NCBI GenBank assembly: GCA_963828465.1
Contig: CAWHEU010000020.1
Span: forward strand, 66,620 to 130,619
Reading direction: 5' to 3'
Length of the DNA stretch: 64,000 nt
DNA from: an uncultured Acidobacteriota bacterium
GTDB lineage: Bacteria > Actinomycetota > Acidimicrobiia > Spongiisociales > ZC4RG35
Numbering within the stretch: the first letter of the stretch is position 1; each line of letters opens with the position of its first letter. A program made the position numbers and the translations under genes. Below, one piece after another: positions 26,990 through 36,868 of this stretch. The notes beneath the pieces were generated by a model, which saw nothing but the letters and a program-made list of their open reading frames with translations, ran no database searches and was not told the DNA's origin.

Positions 26990-28798
26990 GTGAGCAAGCC
27001 CCTGTGGCTCGGCAAAGACGTCGTAGGTGGTGTCCCCAGCCAGCAACGCCCCGATCGCCGTCCTCCTGACCACTGGCGTCTCGAAGACGTGTTCGCCACG
27101 GGCCGCCCTCACCATCCTGCTCTGAGCCCTGACAGGGCCCGGATCGCATTCGTGCTCGACCTCGAAGGGACCACCGACATCTGGGCGATCGATGTTGACG
27201 GTGGGAGCCTCACCCGAATCACGACAAACCGAGGGTTGGTTGCATTCTGGGATGACAGCAGCCCGGCTTGGTCAGCCGATGGCGCCCGGATCGCCTACAA
27301 CAGCGAGGGCTCGGTACACATCGTCCCCGCCGCCGGCGGGCCGTCACGCCGTCTGCTCGCCGGCTCGACCGGCAACTGGATTGACGATGATCGACTAGCT
27401 GTCATCGTGGAGCGTGAGGGCTATTCGCGGCTGGCCGTCGTCGATATCAACGACCCGTGGGCCGCTCCTCTCGGGCCTGCCAACGGGGATGTGGGAAGGG
27501 CTCAGGTGGCGCCAGACGGGCGAATCCTCCTCTCCTTCTACCCAAAGGACGACTTCAGCCGCAGCGACATCGTCAGCATCGACCCCGACGGTTCCTGGAC
27601 GACCTTGATCGGCCATCCCGATCGACGGGCCGGCAACCAAGCAGTGGACGGAAGCCGGGTCGCCTACACCCTGGAAGAGGGGGATTGGTCCGGCGTCTTC
27701 CTCACCGACCTGGACGGGGGCGAACACACCAGGCTCGCTGCCGCCGAACGTGACTTCTCGTCCCTGACCTGGGACGACAACGGGGAGACCCTTCTCGCCA
27801 TCGCCACGTCGAGAGGCAAAAGCGATCTGGTCAGGATCGGCCTCGACGGGACCGTCGACCTCGTCGCCGAGGGCGGGTCCTGGGACTGGCCGATGCCGAC
27901 GTCCCAGGGTGGTGTCGTCGCCATCCACGAGGCCTACGACTCGCCGGCTTCGATCACGCTCGTTGGAGCGGATGGCACCCGTTCGGTCCTCTACGACGGC
28001 GCACCTGCGGCGGTTCGCTCGGCGCCTCACTCCAAGCTGGAGAGGATCACTTTCAACTCATTCGACGGTTTGGAGATCGAGGGATTCCTATTCCGACCGG
28101 CCGACACGTCCAGTCCGGTGCCGGCTGTCGTCTATCCACATGGCGGGCCCACCGACCGTTACAGCGACGAGTGGGACGGCCACGCCCAATACTTCGTCGA
28201 CAAGGGCTACGCCTGGCTCGCTATCAATTTCCGCGGCTCGACGACCTACGGCCTCGCCTTCGAGCGGGCCAACCATGGGGACTGGGGTCGGGGGGACGTC
28301 GAGGACTGCCTGGCCGCCGCCGGCCACCTGTCAACCCTGGGCTGGGTCGACCCGAATCGCATCGCCATCTTCGGGTCTAGTTACGGCTCCTATCTGGCTT
28401 TCGGTTCGCTGGTGCACCCCGAGAACCCGTTCGCCTGCGGGGCGGCGAAGTACGGCGACATCGACATCTTGACTTCATGGGCTCAGGGCGACCGCGAAGG
28501 GCGCGAAGATCTGGAGCGGATGATGGGTCATCCTGCCCAAGATCGGCGGGCCTATCACGCCGGTTCGCCCATCCATCAGATCGCGCGCATCAGTCGCCCA
28601 CTTCTCATCGCCCACGGGGAGCACGACGCCCGAGTGAGCCCGAAGCAGTCCGAGGAGCTGGTCGAAGCCCTGGACCAGATCGGCGCCAAGTATGAGTACA
28701 TCACCTACCCGACCGAAGGACACGGCCTGCTCCGTCGCGAGCCCCAGCTCCACTTCTACCGCCGGCTCGAGCGTTTCCTCGACTGGTACTTGATGTAG
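26990..28798 (+). CDS. S9 family peptidase (beta-propeller + alpha/beta hydrolase)
   Basis: HGGP, GSSYG nucleophile, HGEHDARV, EGHG; GTG start after GGAGG. Confidence 0.9.
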   Translation: MSKPLWLGKDVVGGVPSQQRPDRRPPDHWRLEDVFATGRPHHPALSPDRARIAFVLDLEGTTDIWAIDVDGGSLTRITTNRGLVAFWDDSSPAWSADGARIAYNSEGSVHIVPAAGGPSRRLLAGSTGNWIDDDRLAVIVEREGYSRLAVVDINDPWAAPLGPANGDVGRAQVAPDGRILLSFYPKDDFSRSDIVSIDPDGSWTTLIGHPDRRAGNQAVDGSRVAYTLEEGDWSGVFLTDLDGGEHTRLAAAERDFSSLTWDDNGETLLAIATSRGKSDLVRIGLDGTVDLVAEGGSWDWPMPTSQGGVVAIHEAYDSPASITLVGADGTRSVLYDGAPAAVRSAPHSKLERITFNSFDGLEIEGFLFRPADTSSPVPAVVYPHGGPTDRYSDEWDGHAQYFVDKGYAWLAINFRGSTTYGLAFERANHGDWGRGDVEDCLAAAGHLSTLGWVDPNRIAIFGSSYGSYLAFGSLVHPENPFACGAAKYGDIDILTSWAQGDREGREDLERMMGHPAQDRRAYHAGSPIHQIARISRPLLIAHGEHDARVSPKQSEELVEALDQIGAKYEYITYPTEGHGLLRREPQLHFYRRLERFLDWYLM

Positions 28799-28805
28799 GG
28801 GTTGT

Positions 28806-29528
28806 GTGAGGTCACTTCGCGACTATGAAGTGCTCAGCTTCGACTGCTACGGCACCTTGATCGATTGGGAATCTGGGATCTGGACGGCCCTACAACCCAT
28901 GCTCTTGGCGAACGACGCGCAGGCAAGCCGGCCGGAGGTGCTCGCCGAGTTCGGTCGTATCGAGGCTGCCCAGGAGGCGGGCAACCCTTCCCTCCTGTAC
29001 TCCGATCTGCTCGCCGTCGTGCATAGGGATCTCGCCGCGAATCTCGATCTCGACACCAACGAAGACATGGATGTTGCGTTTGCGGCATCGGTGCCCGATT
29101 GGCCCGAGTTTGCTGATTCACCCGGAGCCCTCACCTTTCTCTCTGAGAGGTATCGGCTGGTGATCCTCTCCAATGTCGATCGTGTCAGCTTCGCCGGGTC
29201 GAATGAGAGGCTGAACGTGGAGTTCGACGCCATCTACACGGCCGAGGACATCGGCTCCTACAAGCCGGATCCGGCCAACTTCGACTACCTGCTTGGTCAT
29301 CTCGCGGACGATTTCGAACTCGTCGCCGACTCGGTCCTCCACGTTGCTCAAAGCTTGTACCACGACCACGCACCGGCCAAGGCCGCCGGTCTGGACACGG
29401 TATGGATCGACCGTCAGCGCCTTTCGGCCGGAGGCGAGTGGGGTGCAACCACTCCCATCGAGGACCCTCCAGAGCCTGACCACATATTCTTCTCCATGGC
29501 TGACATGGCTCGTGCCGTCGCCGCTTGA
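28806..29528 (+). CDS. Haloacid dehalogenase type II-like hydrolase
   Basis: FDCYGTLIDWE, LSNVD, SYKP, HVAQSLYHD. Confidence 0.9.
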   Translation: MRSLRDYEVLSFDCYGTLIDWESGIWTALQPMLLANDAQASRPEVLAEFGRIEAAQEAGNPSLLYSDLLAVVHRDLAANLDLDTNEDMDVAFAASVPDWPEFADSPGALTFLSERYRLVILSNVDRVSFAGSNERLNVEFDAIYTAEDIGSYKPDPANFDYLLGHLADDFELVADSVLHVAQSLYHDHAPAKAAGLDTVWIDRQRLSAGGEWGATTPIEDPPEPDHIFFSMADMARAVAA

Positions 29529-29554
29529 CGATCCCACGGATACGATTCGACCCG

Positions 29555-30319
29555 ATGACGGACCGGACTGCGATGATTCGCCCCGTTCCCGATTCTTTCC
29601 AACGGGCCCTTGTTCGTCACGGCCGACCCAGCATCGATGTACGACTGGCCAAGGCCCAGCACAAGGAGTACCACCGCCTCCTGGAGGAGTCGGGGCACAC
29701 CGTCCGCGTCGTACCGACCGACTTCGACCATCCCGATTCTCTGTTCATCGAGGACACGGCCGTGATCCTGGGCACGATCGCCATCATCACGCGCATGGGA
29801 GCTGAATCACGTCGAGGCGAGACACCACCGGTGGCGCAAGCACTATCCAAAAGCTTTGATGTCGGAGAAATCCGCTCTCCAGGAACCCTCGATGGGGGCG
29901 ACGTGTTCATCCTCGGAGACTCGGTCTACGTCGGGCGCTCGTCGAGGACGAACGACGATGGCATCGCTCAGCTGCGGGCAGTGGCCCACAATCAGGGTTA
30001 TGGGGTGGTGATTGTCGACGTCTCGGATGCGCTTCATCTCAAGTCGGCGGTTCTCCCCGTCGACAGGGAGACCGTCGTGGTCACACCGCGGAGTGTGGAC
30101 GAGAGCAAGCTCGGAGGGCTTCGAGTCCTCTACGAGGACGACGGCGAACGTCATCGGTTCAGTGCCTTGCCTCTCGGTGGGGGTTCTGTCTTGGTCACCG
30201 CAAATGCACCGGCCACGGCGACGGCCGTCGCCTCCTTAGACCATCAGATCATTCCGATCGACGTCTCCCAGATCCAGGCGGCCGACGGGGGCCTGACCTG
30301 CATGTCGATCATCTTCTGA
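29555..30319 (+). CDS. Dimethylarginine dimethylaminohydrolase (amidinotransferase family)
   Basis: [30 protein letters not shown]. Confidence 0.88.
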   Translation: MTDRTAMIRPVPDSFQRALVRHGRPSIDVRLAKAQHKEYHRLLEESGHTVRVVPTDFDHPDSLFIEDTAVILGTIAIITRMGAESRRGETPPVAQALSKSFDVGEIRSPGTLDGGDVFILGDSVYVGRSSRTNDDGIAQLRAVAHNQGYGVVIVDVSDALHLKSAVLPVDRETVVVTPRSVDESKLGGLRVLYEDDGERHRFSALPLGGGSVLVTANAPATATAVASLDHQIIPIDVSQIQAADGGLTCMSIIF

Positions 30320-30416
30320 TGTCGAGGGCCACACCGGGGGTGGGTCGATCGCCGACCGAACCGATGATGACGGTTCTGGACGTCTTCAAAGTGGTCCGCG
30401 AACTGGGACGAGACAT

Positions 30417-31586
30417 GTGAGCCACGACGTCGTCATCGTGGGTGGAGGAGCCATGGGCTCGTCGACCGCCTACCACTTGATGAAAGGGGATCCGTCTCTC
30501 TCGGTGGTGGTCATTGAACGCGACAGCACCTACGCCCGGGCCTCCACCATCCTCTCGGACGGCAACGTTCGCATCCAGTTCAACCTCGAAGAGAACATCA
30601 GAATGTCCCAATACGCGCTCGATGTTCTGCGGACCTTCGACGACGACATGGCCACGGCGAACTTCCGACCAGACGTTGGTGCGAGACATCAGGGAAACCT
30701 GTTCCTCGCCGACGAGACGGGGAAGGCCGCAGCCTTGAACGGGATCGACACGCAGAGAAACCTGGGCTGTGAGGTGACCTGGCTCTCCGGCGAGGAGGTA
30801 GAGGGACAATTCCCGGGCCTTCACCTCGAGGGTCTGGTCGGTGGCAGCTTCGCCCAGGTGGACGGGTCGGTCGATCCCAGTGCCGTCCTGCGTGGCTTTC
30901 GGAACAAGGCGGCCGAGCTGGGAGCGCACTACCTCGACGACCAGGTGGTCGAGTTGCTGACCGTCGATGACGTGATGAGCGGCGTCCGGCTCCGGTCCGG
31001 GAAAGATCTGATGAGCTCGGTGGTCGTGAACTGCGCCGGCGCCTGGTCTGCTGATCTCGCCCGGCCATTGGGCGTCGAGTTACCCGTCATCCCTCTGATG
31101 CGAACCGTCTATGTCGTATCGACCACGGTCCCCACAGCCGGTATGCCCAGCCTCTTCCTCCCCTCCGGGGTCTATGCGATCCCGGAGAGCGACCGCACCT
31201 GGCTCATCGCCTGGTCGCTGCCCGAGGACCCGATCGGCTTCGACTTCACCCCGGCGACGCAGCAGAGATTCATCGACCTGATCTGGCCGGAGCTGCACGC
31301 TCACCTCCCGGTGTTCGACAGCCTGAAGGTGGAGACTGCATGGGCCGGTCTCTACGACGTGAACACCATGGACGGGAACGCGATCTTCGGCGAGTGGCCG
31401 AGGATCGGAGGTCTCTTTTTGGCTACCGGGTTCTCGGGCCACGGGTTCCAGCAGAGCCCGGCAGTTGGCCGTTACTTGGCCGAGTTGATCCTGGGCAGGA
31501 GCCCAACCATCGATCTTTCGCGGCTCGGAGGGCAAAGGGTTCTCGACAATGAGCCTCTCTACGAGCACGCCGGAAGACTCATCTGA
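30417..31586 (+). CDS. FAD-dependent oxidoreductase (DAO/sarcosine oxidase family)
   Basis: [29 protein letters not shown]. Confidence 0.9.
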   Translation: MSHDVVIVGGGAMGSSTAYHLMKGDPSLSVVVIERDSTYARASTILSDGNVRIQFNLEENIRMSQYALDVLRTFDDDMATANFRPDVGARHQGNLFLADETGKAAALNGIDTQRNLGCEVTWLSGEEVEGQFPGLHLEGLVGGSFAQVDGSVDPSAVLRGFRNKAAELGAHYLDDQVVELLTVDDVMSGVRLRSGKDLMSSVVVNCAGAWSADLARPLGVELPVIPLMRTVYVVSTTVPTAGMPSLFLPSGVYAIPESDRTWLIAWSLPEDPIGFDFTPATQQRFIDLIWPELHAHLPVFDSLKVETAWAGLYDVNTMDGNAIFGEWPRIGGLFLATGFSGHGFQQSPAVGRYLAELILGRSPTIDLSRLGGQRVLDNEPLYEHAGRLI

Positions 31587-31594
31587 ATGCACCC

Positions 31595-31623
31595 GTGACA
31601 GATTGGTCATGAAGGTGTATGTT
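31595..31623 (+). promoter_or_regulatory. Housekeeping-sigma-type promoter GTGACA-N17-TATGTT
   Basis: Near-consensus hexamers with a 17-nt spacer. Confidence 0.6.
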
Positions 31624-31627
31624 CGAA

Positions 31628-31745
31628 TCAGTTCGGTTGGATACGTAGGCCGGAAACGGCTGGATCACGAGACCGGCTGAGCGCCTCACCACGTGAGGCC
31701 GCTCCCGGGAAGCCCTGTGGGCGGAGACGTCTGCGGGGCTTCTCT
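31628..31745 (+). ncRNA. Candidate ~115-nt structured small RNA
   Basis: Own promoter, three stem-loops including a GAAA tetraloop, and a terminator-like hairpin; no credible ORF. Confidence 0.5.
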
Positions 31746-31810
31746 CATGCACGCGAGGTCTTGACAGGTGGCCCTTGCGGCGCGACCGTGACGTGATCTG
31801 ACCGAGGTGT

Positions 31811-32221
31811 GTGGTGACACGTCTGCTCGCTGTGGCGCATCAGACGGCTGAAGCCGATGAATTCCTCGCTGCGGTCCGATCCGCGGCGCAAAGCGATCAC
31901 GCCGAGGTGGTTCTCCTCGTTCCCGCCACGCCGGTAAAGCACCTGACCAGTTGGACTCAGGGCGAATCCCGTGCCATCGCTCGGGAGAAGGCAGACGCCG
32001 CCCGTCGTCGGCTCGAGGAGTCTGGGGTATCTGTCGTCGAGGCCAGGGTCGGTGACCCCGACCCATATCAGGCGATCATCGATTCGTTGAACCTCGATGA
32101 CTTCGATCAGATCATTGTCTCCACCTTCCCAGCCGGGATATCGCGATGGCTCGGCGCCGATCTCATCAACCGACTGGGCCGCTCGGTGTCCGTGCCGGTT
32201 ACCCACGTTGTGGCTCACTAG
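31811..32221 (+). CDS. Universal stress protein-like protein
   Basis: RLLAVAHQT, VGDPDP, IIVSTFP...SRWL, VPVTHVV. Confidence 0.75.
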   Translation: MVTRLLAVAHQTAEADEFLAAVRSAAQSDHAEVVLLVPATPVKHLTSWTQGESRAIAREKADAARRRLEESGVSVVEARVGDPDPYQAIIDSLNLDDFDQIIVSTFPAGISRWLGADLINRLGRSVSVPVTHVVAH

Positions 32222-32250
32222 CTTTCGTTCCCCAACACGGCGGTACATGA

Positions 32251-33174
32251 TTGAAGGCTCTGGTCAACAAAGGCGACGGTGGGATGTCGGTCGAGCTGGG
32301 CGAGGTGCCCGAGCCGTCACCGAGCCCGAACGAAGCTCTGGTCGAGGTCCGGGCAGTTGCGGTGAACCGGGGGGAGCTGCGGCTCCTGAAGGCCAGACCG
32401 AGCGGCTGGCAGCCAGGTCAGGACGTGGCAGGTGTCGTCATCGAGCAAGGTGCCAACGGGTCGGGCCTGCCGGTCGGAATGCGCGTCGTTGCCTGGCCCG
32501 AGCAGGCGGGTTGGGCGCAGAAAGTGGCTGTCCCCACCACTCATCTGGCGCATCTCGCCGACCATGTCACCTTTCCTCAGGCAGCGACCCTTCCCATCGC
32601 GGGAATGACCGCGCTCCGTGCCCTCCGGCTCGGCGGTCACTTGGCGGGGAAACGGGTGCTGGTGACCGGAGCGGCCGGCGGCGTGGGCCGGTTCGCGGTC
32701 GAGATGGCGGCTGGGGCGGGGGCGACGGTCACGGGGGTAGCAGCGGACGAGGCACGGGCAATAGGCCTTGAAGAGATCGGGGCAAGCGGCATCACCTACG
32801 AGCTCGACGACCTCGAGGGACCGTTTGACTTCATCCTGGATGCGGCCGGCGGCCGCTCTTTCGAAGCGGCGATCCGACTGATTGCGCCTGGAGGCGACAT
32901 CGTCGTCTATGGGAATTCCTCCGACACCCCGGCACAGGTCTCGTTCAGCGACTTCCGCGGCCACGCCCTGGCCCGGATCACTGCCTTCTTCGTCTACGAG
33001 AGTGGAGCCCCGCCGACTTTCGGAGAGGATCTCCAGACACTGGCCGACATGGTGGCCGGCGGCCATCTTCATCCCCAGATCGGACTCGAAGTGCCGTGGA
33101 CGGAGGCCAACTCCGCGTTCGAGGCACTGGCCAACCGGCAGGTGAATGGGAAGGCCGTGCTGCTGATCGAGTAA
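32251..33174 (+). CDS. MDR-superfamily quinone oxidoreductase-like dehydrogenase
   Basis: NRGE, AATLPIAGMTA, VTGAAGGVG, GKAVL. Confidence 0.9.
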   Translation: MKALVNKGDGGMSVELGEVPEPSPSPNEALVEVRAVAVNRGELRLLKARPSGWQPGQDVAGVVIEQGANGSGLPVGMRVVAWPEQAGWAQKVAVPTTHLAHLADHVTFPQAATLPIAGMTALRALRLGGHLAGKRVLVTGAAGGVGRFAVEMAAGAGATVTGVAADEARAIGLEEIGASGITYELDDLEGPFDFILDAAGGRSFEAAIRLIAPGGDIVVYGNSSDTPAQVSFSDFRGHALARITAFFVYESGAPPTFGEDLQTLADMVAGGHLHPQIGLEVPWTEANSAFEALANRQVNGKAVLLIE

Positions 33175-33215
33175 CGGCTACCGGTTCTGTCACCCCGGGG
33201 ATTTACGATCCGATC

Positions 33216-33704
33216 ATGAGCGATTTTCCCGTAGATGTCGTCCGGAGCCAACGTAGAAAGCGGACCGCCCAGGCGTACATGCGTGAGGGAAAGCTGAAGG
33301 TGATGATCCCCTTCGGTCTCGCACCCGACGAAGAGGCGCGGCTGGTGGAGAGCCTCGTCGCCAAGGTCAGTCGGAAGGTCTCGTCGACCGATATCGACCT
33401 GGTGGAGCGAGCGCGTCAGCTCGCCCGGACGTATGGGTTGTCGGAGCCGTCGACGATCGAATGGTCGGATCGACAGACGACGAGATGGGGCTCCTGTACG
33501 CCGGCAGAGGGAAGCATCCGCGTCTCGAACCGTCTCGCCTCCATGCCTGGCTGGGTTCTCGACTCGGTGCTCGTCCATGAGATGGCGCATCTCGAGCAAC
33601 CCAATCACGGACCGAAATTCAAGGCACTGGTCGGCCGTTACGAGCTGTCGGAGCGAGCCAAGGGGTATCTGATGGCGGTGGGCGAAGGGCAGGCGACCCC
33701 GTAG
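33216..33704 (+). CDS. M48/YgjP (DUF45)-like metallopeptidase
   Basis: RSQRRKRT, RWGSCT, VHEMAHL, HGPKF. Confidence 0.88.
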   Translation: MSDFPVDVVRSQRRKRTAQAYMREGKLKVMIPFGLAPDEEARLVESLVAKVSRKVSSTDIDLVERARQLARTYGLSEPSTIEWSDRQTTRWGSCTPAEGSIRVSNRLASMPGWVLDSVLVHEMAHLEQPNHGPKFKALVGRYELSERAKGYLMAVGEGQATP

Positions 33705-33719
33705 GCAGAACCGGGCCTG

Positions 33720-34007
33720 TCATTTGAGACGCTCGCTCAAATGGATCGTGACTTCGTCGCCGTCGTCCTTCCCGATGACATCACGGAGGGACGCTTTGAC
33801 CGGGAGTTTGTGCGTGCCGTCGCCCATCGCCATGAACGAGGTCTGGAACTCGACATCGTCGATGGTCCCACGCACCCTGACCAGACCGCGGGTCCTGAAG
33901 TATTCGACGGAATCGGGCATCACCACGAATGTCCAGCCACCCTCGGCCGGGCTTCTCTGCAACGATGCAGTGAAGGTCTTGTCGAGCGGGCCCTTCCCGG
34001 CGGTCAT
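33720..34007 (-). CDS. DUF1905-like protein
   Basis: GGWTFV...[12 protein letters not shown]...[11 protein letters not shown]. Confidence 0.8.
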   Translation of the reverse strand: MTAGKGPLDKTFTASLQRSPAEGGWTFVVMPDSVEYFRTRGLVRVRGTIDDVEFQTSFMAMGDGTHKLPVKASLRDVIGKDDGDEVTIHLSERLK

Positions 34008-34393
34008 TGCCATACCCCCACGATTATGGCGATGACGACGAGTTTCAACAGCCAGTCCCCGGCGTGGATCGCGGCCAGCTTCATCGGCACCTTCTCGTGG
34101 TACACGGATCCGATGAGCAGAACAACCGCAATCCCGATCCACAGCAGGAAACCGAGCAGAGCGGCCTGTGCCCAGTCGTCAACTCCGATCTGATCGACCA
34201 ACCAGGCCAACACAAGGGCGAGCACGAGATTTCGGGCCAGCTCGACGATGACATCCCTCGCTGACAGTGACCCGGAATCGGCGTAGGCAGGGTGCAACAG
34301 TGCCAGTTGGCTGCCGAACACTCCGTACCAGACCCCACTGAGGATGAAGGCGGCCACCGCTGCGACGACGACGGCCAGAAAGTTGAGTTCCAT
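34004..34393 (-). CDS. DUF1761-like membrane protein
   Basis: [13 protein letters not shown]...WY...AIHAGDW. Confidence 0.8.
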   Translation of the reverse strand: MELNFLAVVVAAVAAFILSGVWYGVFGSQLALLHPAYADSGSLSARDVIVELARNLVLALVLAWLVDQIGVDDWAQAALLGFLLWIGIAVVLLIGSVYHEKVPMKLAAIHAGDWLLKLVVIAIIVGVWQ

Positions 34394-34506
34394 CACGCTC
34401 CCTTCGACGCGGCCCGTTGGCAAAGTAGACCGCTGGAGGCCTCGGAATTCATCGGCGTTCTGCCACCGATCTCACGTTGCCTCGATCCCGGACGATGATC
34501 TAGTCG

Positions 34507-35724
34507 ATGAGGTGGTTCTCGGCGTTTGTGATGGCCACGTTGTTGGCCGTTTTGCCTCCGGGTGGCACGCTTGTCGATAACGAGGGGATCGTTCACAAGG
34601 GCACGATCGAGGCAATCGCGGCGGATCCCACGCAGCCAACAACGGGAACGCTGCTCCCTGTCGGTGCCAGCTGGAACCCGATAATTGCGTCTGAGCCTGC
34701 CGGGACGACCTTCATCGTCGAGGCGGGCGTGCATTACGAGCAGACCGCCGATCTGAAGCATGGCGACGTGCTGATCGGCCAGCCAGGAGCCGTCATGGAC
34801 GGTCGAGACGTGACCGATTGGGCGGTTCAACCGAACAGTGCCAACAACGTGACCGTCAAAGGTTTGGAGATCCGCAACTACAACCCAGACGATCAGTACG
34901 CGCCCATCACGGATCGAACCTTTGAAGGCGCGGCGGCGGGCACCGGTTGGACCGTCGAGAACTGCGACCTGCATCACAACAGCTGGGCCGGATTGGCCCT
35001 ATCCGACGGGTCGATCGCCCGTAACAACAAGATTCATGACAACGGTGTCATCGGCCTCGCGGTCTCGTGGGTGCGGAGTTCCGGAGCGCTGGTCGAAGGC
35101 AACGAGATCTACGGGAACAACACCACCGGAGCCGACGAGTATTACGAGGCGGGTGGGTCCAAGTTCGGTGAGACGGAGAATCTCATCGTCCGTGACAACT
35201 TCGTACATGACAACAACGGCCCCGGCTTGTGGACCGACATCGACAACATCAACACCCTCTATGAGAACAATGTCGTCGAGGGCAATTCGGGTGCAGGCAT
35301 CTTCCATGAGATCTCATATTCGGCGACGATCCGCAACAACCAGGTTCGGGGCAACGGGTTCCGCAACCGGGGGTGGCTGTGGGAGGGCGGGATCATGGTC
35401 GCCGGTAGCCAGAACGTGGAGATCTACGGGAACATCGTCGAGGACAACTACAACGGGATCACCCTGATCCAGCAGGACCGAGGATCGGGCGCCATTGGGC
35501 CCTACCTCCTGCGGAATGTTTCCGTTCATGACAACACCGTGGTCAGATCGGGAAGGACGGGCGCGGTCCAAGACATGGGTGACCAATCCATGTTCACCAC
35601 CGGGGACATCACCTTCCAGAACAACGACTACGCGAGTGTCGTCGGGTTCTCATGGGCAGACCGATCATTGGCCTGGCGACAGTGGCAAGGCTACAGAATG
35701 GACCTCACGGGGACGATGAAATGA
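34507..35724 (+). CDS. Secreted right-handed parallel beta-helix protein
   Basis: Signal-like N-terminus; repeated N..HDN / GN.IYGN / GPGLWTDIDN / GIFHEISY turns. Confidence 0.85.
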   Translation: MRWFSAFVMATLLAVLPPGGTLVDNEGIVHKGTIEAIAADPTQPTTGTLLPVGASWNPIIASEPAGTTFIVEAGVHYEQTADLKHGDVLIGQPGAVMDGRDVTDWAVQPNSANNVTVKGLEIRNYNPDDQYAPITDRTFEGAAAGTGWTVENCDLHHNSWAGLALSDGSIARNNKIHDNGVIGLAVSWVRSSGALVEGNEIYGNNTTGADEYYEAGGSKFGETENLIVRDNFVHDNNGPGLWTDIDNINTLYENNVVEGNSGAGIFHEISYSATIRNNQVRGNGFRNRGWLWEGGIMVAGSQNVEIYGNIVEDNYNGITLIQQDRGSGAIGPYLLRNVSVHDNTVVRSGRTGAVQDMGDQSMFTTGDITFQNNDYASVVGFSWADRSLAWRQWQGYRMDLTGTMK

Positions 35725-35812
35725 GGGTCTAGGCAGGTGCATGGGCTGCCGATAGCCTCTGCGTGCCTGCTCTGAAGCGGCATGAGATGGGGCAAGAAGG
35801 AGAAACACAACC

Positions 35813-36824
35813 ATGGCTGGGCCTGATATGGGATCCGGTCCGCGTCCTTTTCGACCGGGGGAAATCGCCGAGATCAAGTCCGAACCGGAGATCCTCGCCA
35901 CCTTGGATGCGGAGGGAAAGCTCGACGGGCTGCCGTTCATGCCCGAGATGCTCAAGTTCTGCGGTCAAACCGTCACCGTCTACAAGCGCGCCGACCGAAC
36001 CTGTGACGCGATACTTTCTGATGGACAACGTCGGATGCAAGATGCGGTCTTTCTGGCCGATCTCCGTTGCGATGGCGGGGCCCACGGTGGCTGCCAAGCA
36101 GGCTGTTTGATCTTTTGGAAGGAAGCTTGGCTTCGTCGCCCGTCGGAACAGAACAATGTCAGCGGGAGTTCCGGAACCTCAGGCGAGCAGTTTGATCCTG
36201 CAAGCCTTTTTGCGGCCGCTCGACACGTGACGGACAGCGATCCCGCCGCCGAGCGCTTCATGTGTCAAGCGACCGAGATCGTCCGAGCCACCACCCCGCT
36301 TCCGTGGTGGGAACCTTCGCAGTACGTCCGTGAAGTAGCCACAGGCAACGCAGGTGTTATTGAGATGTTCGTCGCCTTGCTCAAGTGGCTGCTCGTCATG
36401 GTCCAGAAGAAGCTCATGGGTGGCAGCACGGTCCCATTGCTGAGGGGGAAACTCTCGAAGACTCCGAGGGAATTGCTCGACCTTCGTCCCGGTGAGCTCG
36501 TTCGCGTGAAAACGAAGGAGGAGATTGCTCAGACGCTTGGACCGCCGAAACCGCAACCGTGGTCTCACCTTTGACTCCGAGATGCTGCGCTACTGCGGAG
36601 GTGAGTACCGCGTCCTCCGCCGGGTCAGCCGAATGATCAACGAGGGGACCGGTGAGCTGTTCGAACTACCGGGGGAATGCATCGTCTTGGACACCATCAC
36701 GTGCACCGCGGAATACCATCGTCTATGTCGGCGTAGTCACTACCCGTATTGGCGAGAGATCTGGCTGACCAGGGTGACACAACCTGTCGAAATCATCAGC
36801 TCGGCGCAATCGAGGGCGCAGTAG
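35813..36824 (+). CDS. Cys-rich hypothetical protein with an internal duplication; +1 frameshift near 36540
   Basis: Two repeats RPGE..(E/R)(I/V)K..EI..TLD...GL.F..EML.(F/Y)CG...W(K/R)E.WL; ORFs 35813-36574 and 36525-36824 join. Confidence 0.75.
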
Positions 36825-36868
36825 GTCGGTAAGGCAGGCTCGCAGGGTCGTCGTTCTGCTCGACTTGG

